From Pseudomonas phage SM1, in the sequence record NC_041877.1: a DNA stretch of 64,000 bases; one strand, written 5' to 3'. Shown one piece after another: positions 1 to 8,000 of this stretch (position 1 is the first letter of the stretch; the number at the start of each line of letters is the position of its first letter). The notes under the pieces were generated by a model that saw nothing but the letters and a program-made list of their open reading frames with translations, was not told where the DNA came from and did not search any database. Both the position numbers and the translations under genes were made by a program.

Positions 1-828
1 AGTCGTGTACTGCGCGCCGCGCGCCAGGACGGTTCGGCCAACGACGACGGCTCCAACGACCGTTACGTTCGTAAGGCCGACCGCGCGGCGCCGAACTTCG
101 GCAAGATCACCCTGACCTCGAAAGAGGTGATCGCGGAAGTGCGCATCCCCTACGAAGTTCTGGAAGACAACATCGAGGGCGCCTCTTTCGAGGAGCACCT
201 GATGCGCTCGCTGGCCGAGCGTGTGGCCGTGGACCTCGAAGAGCTGGCACTCTGGGGTGACACCACCCTGGGCGCTACCGACCCCTACCTCGCGCTGTTC
301 GACGGCTGGATGAAGCTGGCCAACGTTCACGTTCTGGACAACGCCTCCGCCGGCATCACTCCGGACGTGTTCGCCCTGGCCCAGAAGACCCTGCCGCAGA
401 AGTATGCGCGTCTGCTGCCGCAGCTCAAGGCGTTCGTGTCGGTCTACAACCAGATCAACTACCGTCAGGCTGTCGCCCGTCGTCAGACCGGCTACGGCGA
501 CTCCGCCCTCCAGAACGCCATCGACGTGCGCGCCTACGGCCTGCCCATCGAGCCGGCGCCGATGATCGGCATCAAGGAAAACGGCGAGAGCGGTCTGGTG
601 ACCGTACCCCAGAACCTGATCCTCGGCATTCGCCGCGACATCACCCTGGAAACCGCGAAGGACATCCGCAGCCGCGAGATCATCATCGTGGTAACCGCCC
701 GGGTCGGCACCCAGATCGACGACCGCGACGCGGTTGTTCGCCTGAAGAACCTCGGTGGCCTGTCGCCCATCGCGGCCACTCACGTTATCGTGGACAACGC
801 CGCCGACTTCCCCGGCGGTACCCCGTAA
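1..828 (+). CDS. major capsid protein, 3' portion (5' end outside window)
   Basis: Frame is open from nt 1 with no stop upstream of the track ORF 127..828. It is the first gene of a head-to-tail module (followed by connector, tail and tape-measure genes) and is followed by a hairpin terminator. Confidence 0.5.
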   Translation, partial: SRVLRAARQDGSANDDGSNDRYVRKADRAAPNFGKITLTSKEVIAEVRIPYEVLEDNIEGASFEEHLMRSLAERVAVDLEELALWGDTTLGATDPYLALFDGWMKLANVHVLDNASAGITPDVFALAQKTLPQKYARLLPQLKAFVSVYNQINYRQAVARRQTGYGDSALQNAIDVRAYGLPIEPAPMIGIKENGESGLVTVPQNLILGIRRDITLETAKDIRSREIIIVVTARVGTQIDDRDAVVRLKNLGGLSPIAATHVIVDNAADFPGGTP

Positions 829-839
829 TCCATCGGCCA

Positions 840-860
840 GGGGCCTTCGGGCCCCTTCTT
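840..860 (+). terminator. hairpin GGGGCC-ttcg-GGCCCC plus weak T tract
   Basis: Inverted repeat directly after the capsid stop codon. Confidence 0.4.
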
Positions 861-895
861 ATCCCTCCTAGGATCGGTTAAACGGAGTAATAGTT

Positions 896-1312
896 ATGAG
901 TCAAGTCAAATACCTGCGCCTTACCAGCGGCCCGAAAACCCTGACCCTCACCACCGTTGTCGGTGAGCCGTTGTACCAGGGCGGCGTCATTCGTCTCACC
1001 AACGACGCTCACATCGAGTATCTGATCGGCGAAGGCACCCAGTTCGTCACCGAGTTCATGGACGGCTCGAAGAAGAAATGGTTCACAGACGTGACCGGTG
1101 AATTCGTCCAGCGCGAGAAAGCCAAGGTACAGCTCGCCGAACGTGTAGAGCCCGGCCTGGGCGATCAGGACGACGATCACAGCGATGACCAGGGCGACGG
1201 CGAAGGCAACGACCAGGGCGACGAAGGCAACGGCGAGGACGATGCCGATGCCGACCACACCAAGCGTACAACCACCAAGACCCGCCAGCGCGCCAGCAAG
1301 CCGGCCAAGTAA
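896..1312 (+). CDS. hypothetical structural protein with strongly acidic D/E/G-rich C-terminal tail
   Basis: ORF with RBS (ggagtaatagtt-ATG). C-terminal low-complexity tract DQDDDHSDDQGDGEGNDQGDEGNGEDD. Confidence 0.45.
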   Translation: MSQVKYLRLTSGPKTLTLTTVVGEPLYQGGVIRLTNDAHIEYLIGEGTQFVTEFMDGSKKKWFTDVTGEFVQREKAKVQLAERVEPGLGDQDDDHSDDQGDGEGNDQGDEGNGEDDADADHTKRTTTKTRQRASKPAK

Positions 1313-1332
1313 GTAACTGCGAGGAGAGAGTC

Positions 1333-1995
1333 ATGTACCTGCTTTCTAACGGGGAAATCGAAGCGCTCATCAAGGGAGTAACTACCCAGTCTGGACAGTG
1401 CTGTACCGAACCTTCCCCGTCAGTATTTGACTCTCTCCATCGCAACATCCGCACCCGTATCGAGGATTGCTTGGGGGTCCAGCACCTCTACCGCTACACC
1501 TGGGCGGATACTTTCGAGATCGGGTCGTGCGAGTCCAACAATCGGGTTCTCCTGCGTTTGTCCAACGCTTTCATCAATGAAGTGGACAGCGTTAAGGTTT
1601 TCAATTCCGATGGCAGTGCAAACGCTTGCACTACCGAAGTAGACCAGCGCATGGGCCTTGTTGAGCTTACCCTGCCGAAAGGCCGGTATCGCATCCAGTA
1701 CATTGCTGGGTTCGAGGCTGACGAAATTACCAAAGTGCTGAAGGGCACTCCCGATTGGATGCGGGCCGCCGCGCAGGCCGCGCTCCGCCTCTGGCTGCTA
1801 GCAAGCAGTAACTCCTCCATCCCGAAAGAAGTAGCGCTTGGGGAACTAACAGCCGCAGCGCGCCGGGAGCTGGCTATTCGCATTTACCAGCGCTACGACC
1901 GCCCGCGCGGTAACGTGGTTTGGCCCATTCGCGATTGCGTGGCCGTAGCACCTGCGGCGGCGCCTACGGAGAACGGGAGCCCTGTAGCATGGTAA
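1333..1995 (+). CDS. hypothetical head-tail connector/adaptor-region protein
   Basis: Good RBS gaggagagagtc-ATG. Sits between capsid and tail genes. Contains in-frame motif copy at 1616-1631 (S-A-N-A-C-T). Confidence 0.45.
   Translation: MYLLSNGEIEALIKGVTTQSGQCCTEPSPSVFDSLHRNIRTRIEDCLGVQHLYRYTWADTFEIGSCESNNRVLLRLSNAFINEVDSVKVFNSDGSANACTTEVDQRMGLVELTLPKGRYRIQYIAGFEADEITKVLKGTPDWMRAAAQAALRLWLLASSNSSIPKEVALGELTAAARRELAIRIYQRYDRPRGNVVWPIRDCVAVAPAAAPTENGSPVAW
1616..1631. repeat. motif copy GTGCAAACGCTTGCAC (inside CDS, frame S-A-N-A-C-T)
   Basis: 16-bp near-palindrome family TGCAA-RCGY-TTGCA. Confidence 0.8.
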
Positions 1996-2480
1996 TGAAC
2001 GAACGGTACGTAGGCGGAGCCAAGAAACTCCAACAACGTATCGCTACAATCCGAAGAAATCTTGCGCTCCCCGCCCTCACTTCCGAGATCGGGGATTTGC
2101 TTTATCGGCGGACCATGGATCGGTTTCGCCGTATGGTTGATCCCGACGAGAACCCCTGGAAAGACCTTGCCCCTGCTACCCTACGACGTAAGCAGGCGGA
2201 AGGCTACGGGGATGCCCAAAAGCTGGTTCGTAAAGGTTTCCTTCGCGACTCCATACAGAAGATCACGGGCGGTATCTCAGGAGCACTTTTCATCAATACC
2301 GGGGCCGGAGTACGGATAGGCATTACCGACCCCGGTGTAGCGGAGTACGCCGCAGTCCAAAATAGGGGAAGTCGTGACGGCAGGATACCGGCTCGCCGCT
2401 TCCTCGGCATAGGACGCTTGGACGTTAAGTCGGTGGATTCTTTCCTGCGCCGAAAGGCGAATAACCTGGGACTGGACTAA
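1989..2480 (+). CDS. putative virion morphogenesis / head-tail joining protein
   Basis: Start ATG overlaps the upstream stop (ATGGTAA). Resembles the phage virion-morphogenesis family (RRFLGIGRLD-type motif). Position fits the structural module. Confidence 0.45.
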   Translation: MVMNERYVGGAKKLQQRIATIRRNLALPALTSEIGDLLYRRTMDRFRRMVDPDENPWKDLAPATLRRKQAEGYGDAQKLVRKGFLRDSIQKITGGISGALFINTGAGVRIGITDPGVAEYAAVQNRGSRDGRIPARRFLGIGRLDVKSVDSFLRRKANNLGLD

Positions 2481-2998
2481 TGGCAGACACAATCATTACG
2501 GACTACGACGAGGTTTTAGACCTCCTCGAAAATGATCTGAAAACCAAGATCATTCGCGCGATGCAGCGGGCCAACATCCAGGCTTCGGTAGTCGGAGTCT
2601 TCAGCCTGGATGAGCTGGAGCAACGTACGGAAAGTGATATGGCGATGGGCAGCGTAGTTTTTGGCGTAGCCTACCAAGGCTGTAAGCCCGGCCCTGATAT
2701 GCCTGAGCGCACTAACCCAGCCCACACCAACGGGGCGGGGTTTGCGGATTTCCTGTTCAGCATCATCATTGGCGGCAAGGTAGATACTTGGTGTAGCCAA
2801 CGAGGCTTCGTAGCCCGTATCCTTACCCTGCTGCGAAAAGAGATTTACCAGAGCGACGTACAGACCGGAAAACGGCCCGAGGCCGTACGGGTCTGGAACT
2901 TCGTACAAGAAAGGCCGGAGATTGCAGACTCGTCTAGTGACATGCTGTACTATTCGCAGGTCTGGAAGCTCAACCTACCACTGAAGTCGTTGAAGTAA
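2480..2998 (+). CDS. hypothetical tail-completion-region protein
   Basis: Start overlaps the upstream stop (TAATG coupling). Lies in the head-tail joining module. Confidence 0.45.
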   Translation: MADTIITDYDEVLDLLENDLKTKIIRAMQRANIQASVVGVFSLDELEQRTESDMAMGSVVFGVAYQGCKPGPDMPERTNPAHTNGAGFADFLFSIIIGGKVDTWCSQRGFVARILTLLRKEIYQSDVQTGKRPEAVRVWNFVQERPEIADSSSDMLYYSQVWKLNLPLKSLK

Positions 2999-3013
2999 AC
3001 AAGGAGACCATTC

Positions 3014-3781
3014 ATGGCTACCAACCGTCCCGTGCCGAAGTCGGCATACTACTCTGGCCAGGGCCGCCTCATCATCGGTGAGCGCGATCCGGTTACCGGT
3101 AAACCCCTCAACCTCTACGAGGTGGGCAACTGCACCGCTCTGGAGATCACCATCGCCACCACCGAGACCGACCACAAGGAATCGATGACTGGCGAGCGGG
3201 CTATCGACTTCACCATCGTGAGCGAGAAGAACGCCACCTTCACCATCACCTGCGAGTCGCTGTCGCTGAAAAACCTGGCTCTCGGCTTCTGGGGTTCCAC
3301 CGCCACCAAGGCCGCCGGTACCGTAGCTGCCGAGCCGATCAAGATCGCCCCGGGTGCGTACGTCGCCCTGGCTAACCAGAACGTCTCGGCTGTCGTCATC
3401 ACCACCACTGGCGGCACTCCGGCGCCGGTACCGACTACTGCCTATTCGGTCGATCCGGAATTCGGGGTCATTCGTTTCAACGACACCGCTACTGCGGGCG
3501 ACGGCACTGTCGAGTACGAGTTCGGCGAAGTAAGCCGTCTCGAAGCTCTGACCCAGGTCGCGGCGCCGGAACGTTACCTGCGTTTCGAGGGTATCAATAC
3601 CCTGAACGAAGAACTGGTGCTGGTCGAGATTCCGCGCGCCCAGTTCTCGCCGCTGCAAAACCTCCCGCTGATCAACGAAGAAGTGGCATCCTTCGAGATC
3701 GCTGGTAAAATCTTGCAAGACCCGCTGGCTGGCGAAGGTGATGCGAAATACTATCGCCAGACTCTGATCACCGCCGCCTAA
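3014..3781 (+). CDS. putative major tail protein
   Basis: 255-aa ORF with RBS aaggagacc. It is the gene immediately upstream of the chaperone pair and tape measure. A strong terminator follows, as expected for a highly expressed structural gene. Confidence 0.5.
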   Translation: MATNRPVPKSAYYSGQGRLIIGERDPVTGKPLNLYEVGNCTALEITIATTETDHKESMTGERAIDFTIVSEKNATFTITCESLSLKNLALGFWGSTATKAAGTVAAEPIKIAPGAYVALANQNVSAVVITTTGGTPAPVPTTAYSVDPEFGVIRFNDTATAGDGTVEYEFGEVSRLEALTQVAAPERYLRFEGINTLNEELVLVEIPRAQFSPLQNLPLINEEVASFEIAGKILQDPLAGEGDAKYYRQTLITAA

Positions 3782-3799
3782 TCGGTAGCGGTTTTATCG

Positions 3800-3826
3800 A
3801 AGGGGCCTACTGGCCCCTTTTCTTTT
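3800..3826 (+). terminator. rho-independent terminator (AAGGGGCC-tact-GGCCCCTTTTCTTTT)
   Basis: GC hairpin followed by T-rich tract. Confidence 0.65.
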
Positions 3827-3838
3827 GAGGAGAAGAAA

Positions 3839-3854
3839 ATGCAAACGCTTGCAC
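3839..3854. repeat. motif copy ATGCAAACGCTTGCAC (includes start codon of 3839 gene; 12 nt after terminator)
   Basis: Same family. Confidence 0.8.
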
Positions 3855-4117
3855 CGAACACCGCCCTTCGCAAAGACGATGTATTCGTAAAGCTCCTTGT
3901 GGACATGGAATACAATCGGGTAATCTGCGGTCCGGGCCGCACCTATACCCATCTTTGGGTTAGTCGCGATTTCGCCCGCCGTAAGTTGCTCAAAGGTGAA
4001 GTCGAGATGGCCACTCCCGATCAACCGGAAGAACAGAAGGTTACCGTGAAGGAACGGCAGGACGACGCCCAGGAAGACGGCAACCAAGAGCAAAAACCAA
4101 CCACCAAACGCAAGTAA
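3839..4117 (+). CDS. hypothetical protein (tail-assembly region)
   Basis: RBS gaggag. The start codon is the first triplet of a motif copy (ATGCAAACGCTTGCAC). Confidence 0.4.
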   Translation: MQTLAPNTALRKDDVFVKLLVDMEYNRVICGPGRTYTHLWVSRDFARRKLLKGEVEMATPDQPEEQKVTVKERQDDAQEDGNQEQKPTTKRK

Positions 4118-4128
4118 GGATCGGAATA

Positions 4129-4725
4129 ATGACTGAGATGACCCAGGCGCAATCGCGCAATCGCGAAGTTTTTCTTTCTACTCTCTCGGCTGTGCAGGAG
4201 TTGTTCGACCAGGGCAGCGCATCCATTCAGGTAACCATCGTCAAGGAAGACGAGAACGGCAACGACGCGGAGCCGTATACCAAGGATGTAACGTTCCGGG
4301 CGTGCAAACTGAAGCATCTGGGCCCTCTCACGCACCTGATCCAGGGCATGGTAAGTGGCCTCGGGGAACCGGAAGTAGTGAAGCTTCTGGAGTACGTCTC
4401 CGAGGCCCAGACCCGTCAGATAGAACAAGGCATCGATCCTTACAAGCTGGATACTGAAGGTTTGGTACGTGAGGCCGGCATCGTCGGAAATCTGGTCCGT
4501 CAGCTTTTTACCGGCGCCGCCGATCTTTTGCCGCAATATGTTGATCTGTTTACTAACCTCACCAAGGAAGAAGTAGAGGAGTTGGAGTTCACCGACGTGT
4601 GCTTAGTGTGTTACGGCATTTTCGCGAGGAACTTCAGTTTTTTTACCCAGAATGGACCCCTGCTCTTTCAAGCCTTCGTTGCGGCGGTTGGTCCCCGGAT
4701 GAACAAAGCGAAAGCGAAGAAGTAA
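4129..4725 (+). CDS. tail assembly chaperone (lambda G-like)
   Basis: Immediately precedes the tape measure. Contains slippery run TTTTTTT at 4638-4644, with an overlapping -1 frame ORF continuing to 5084. Confidence 0.55.
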   Translation: MTEMTQAQSRNREVFLSTLSAVQELFDQGSASIQVTIVKEDENGNDAEPYTKDVTFRACKLKHLGPLTHLIQGMVSGLGEPEVVKLLEYVSEAQTRQIEQGIDPYKLDTEGLVREAGIVGNLVRQLFTGAADLLPQYVDLFTNLTKEEVEELEFTDVCLVCYGIFARNFSFFTQNGPLLFQAFVAAVGPRMNKAKAKK

Positions 4726-5084
4726 AAAAGCGGCGTAGGAAGAAAGGCGCCGGAGGAGACGGGAAGACCGCGAGCAAGGAAGTAGGCCCGCCGGGCTACT
4801 GGTTGGAGACTACAGTGGCTAAGCTGGTCAGCTACGGCCACTCGTTCAAGGACATCCCCGATTACACCCTACAGCAGGTAGTTATTTTTCTAAGCGCTGC
4901 GGGGAGGCTTGAGGCGTCCAGGCGAAAAGCAACCGTCACGGACCTGACTGCCAGCATTGGCGCGATGGTTGGAGGTAGCAAAGAGCTTGCGCGCCACATG
5001 GCTCTCCTAGGCGATGCCGAAACTGGAGAGCCAAAAGATGGCAAACGAAAGCGAACTGACGGTACGCATAAACGGGCAGGATAA
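4129..5084 (+). CDS. tail assembly chaperone -1 frameshift fusion product (GT-like; shift at 4638-4644)
   Basis: ORF 4599..5084 is in the -1 frame relative to 4129..4725. The overlap contains a T7 heptamer (X XXY YYZ = T TTT TTT). This is the canonical siphovirus G/GT arrangement upstream of the TMP. Confidence 0.45.
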
Positions 5085-8000
5085 CCTAACTCCCCAACTC
5101 TCCCAGTTGGAAAGCCGGCTTATCCGATTTGTGGGGGCCGTCTCTTCGGCCCTCTCTGCCCTGAAGATTGCATCCTTCCCCATCCAGGCTATTCGTGGTT
5201 TCGAGCGCGAGATGGCCGGGGTGCAAAAAACCACAAACTTCACGGATGCGCAGATCAAACAGCTTGGCGACTCGCTGGTTGATCTGTCGCGCCGTATCAA
5301 CGTGTCTGCCGAAGACTTGGCCAAGATCGCGGCTGCGGCGGGCCAGCAAGGCTTAGGCCGAGAGGGTGTGGAGGGTATCCGCCAATTCTCCGAGTCGGTA
5401 TCCCGGATGGCTGCCGTACTCGACCTCACTGCTGAAGATGCCGGTACCAACATTGGTAAGATCGCTTCGATCTTCAAGATCAGCCTGCGCGATATCGAGT
5501 CTGTAGTTTCGGCGTTCAACCAAGCGTCCAACAATTCCACGGCGAGTGGCGAGCAGCTACTCGATGTGGTCAAACGTATCGGTGACGCTGCCGGGTCGCT
5601 TAAACTTGAACAGTCGGTAGGTCTTGCCGCGTCCGCTATCGATTTTGGCGTATCGCCTGAAGTTGCCGGTACCTCGCTCTCCAAAATCTTCGCCGAGTTT
5701 TACGGTCGCGCAGACAAGTTCTCCAAGCTTCTCGGGGTAAGCGTCAACGACTGGATGCAACAGCTCCAGAAAGACGGCATCGGTGCCCTGAAAATGTATC
5801 TCGACGGGCTGCGAAAACTCTCTGCTGATCAGCAGCAGAAGGTAATCAAGGAGCTGTCCGGGGGCGGTCGTATCGGAGTGCTTCTGACCAAGTTCGTTCA
5901 GGATGCCAATAACTCCGTTCTGGATAACAACCTGAACAACGCAGTCCAGGGGTACCGTTCCGGCACTAGCGCCATCCAAGAGCAGCGCACCGTCTTGAAG
6001 ACTCTGGACGCTGAGCTGGCCAAAGCCGGAAACAGTTTCCAAGCACTGGGTATCAAAGCTGGGGAGGTGTTCGGTCCGCGTCTTGCAGCGTATATCGCCC
6101 AACTCAACAAAGCCTTGGCAGACCCGGCGGTTATCCACTTCGCGGAGTCGGTAGGTAACGCGTTTCTCGATATGTTCGATAGCATCGCTACGGGCATCAA
6201 GTTCATAGCGGACCTGAACGTTAACTGGGAGAACTTTGTACAGATCGCTAAAACCCTAATAGCTATCCGCTTGGGTCAGTGGTTCCTTAGCGCGCTGTCC
6301 AGCGTCCCCGTCCTCGGCGCGGCCATGACTCGCCTCGGGTTGGACTTTGCGCGATCTAGCGAGCAGCAACGCAACGCCAGCCAAGTAGCCAATACCGCGT
6401 TCCAGACCCAGATTACCCGTATCCGGGAACTCATGGCCCAGCGGCGCGCGTACATTCAGGCGGTTGAGGCGGAGACCCAAGCGGAGATTGCAGCCTCTAG
6501 GGCCCGTGAAGCGCAGACCGCAGCCGAAACCCGTAACCTACAGGCGCAAATGGCTTTGCGTCAGCGTAACGATGCGGTCAACGCGGCGAGCGGGCAGGTA
6601 ACAGCGGCCCGTGGCGGTATTGCTACGGCCCAGGCGGCTGTAGCTCAGCGTGCCGCGCAAGTACAACAACAGCTCAACGAACGACTTCAACGGGCGGAGC
6701 AGCAGCATCAAGCACGTCTTACCGCTATCGTCACCCAGGGCGACGCAGCGCGAGCGGAGGCGCGGGCTCAGGGTAGCCGGGCCGGGGTGCGCCAAGCCAA
6801 TCTTGCTCAGGCAGAGGCCATTGCCCAAGAGGAAGCCTACCAGCGTCGCTCGCTGGCCGGCATCAACGCCTACTACGCTCGTCGCATCCAGGCTGTTCAA
6901 CAAGCTGGCGTGCAAGAGGTAGCGGCTGCACGTCTGGCCTTCATGCAGTCTCTGAGTCAGTTCGACCGAGTAGCGTCGGGTCCAGGGATGATGGTGCTGA
7001 CCAACCAAGCACGTCTTGCGGCTTCGGCTCTCAACCAAGCCGACCAAGCTGCCAATCGCGCGAATGCCAGCCTTACCGCTGCGCAAGCTGCTACCACCCG
7101 GGCCGCTGCCGGCTTCTCGATGTTGGGGTCGGCACTGCGTATTGTAAGTGCCGGGTTCCAAGCGTTGATCGCTATTGCCGGTCGCGTCTTCTTCTGGTTG
7201 TCGATCATCTACCTCGCCTTGGACGCCTTCGGGGTTCTGGAGAACATCGGCGCTGGCTTCCAGAAACTAACCGATGCCATGGGTCTTACCTCGGAGGCGT
7301 CCAGGCGTGAGGCCCAAAATCAGCGAGACCTCATTGCTGCCTACAATGCGGCAAACAAAGCTCGTCTCGACGCCATCGACGGGCTAAAAGCCTACGCGGA
7401 TGCAAGTGGCCGGGTGCGGGATGACGTAGTTACTCGTATTCGCTCGAACTTGACCGATTCGGACAACGACGTTCGCAGTGAGGCCATGAAGCAACTGTTC
7501 GAGTTGCAGCGTGGCGTCCTGGCTTCCCAAGAGCAAGCAACTACCGATATTCAGGGTTTGCCGGAATGGCGACAGAAAGCCGAAGCGGATATTGCTGCGG
7601 TAAAAGCCGAGCTGGAGAAGGCCAAGAAAGACTTGGAACAATCTCTGGCAATAGCCGACATGCCTGTTCTTTTCGACGACACCGGCATGGGCGCGATTGC
7701 CAATCAGCAAGCGGTAAAGATTGCGCAAGACCGCGTAGCGGCTCTCACTCAGTCCTTGGAGGATGCGCAGAAACGTCTTGGTATGTTCACCGACGAAAGC
7801 GAGCGGGGCTTGAACCAGTTCGGCCAAAACGCAGCCGACAATGCCGAGAAGGTTAAAAAGGTACTCTCCGAGCTGTTTACGCAGGACTCGGCCAAAGCCT
7901 TCGAAACCTTGGCTGATCCATTCATCGCTGCGTCCAAAGCGCGGGATGATTTCGCCAAGAAGATGTCCGACCTGAATGAGCAGATCGTACAGGCCACTGG

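Noticed and set aside
4599-5084. Treating ORF 4599-5084 as an independent gene
   Set aside because: It has no RBS or plausible start of its own, and it begins exactly at a T7 slippery site in the -1 frame of the chaperone. It is better explained as the GT frameshift extension.
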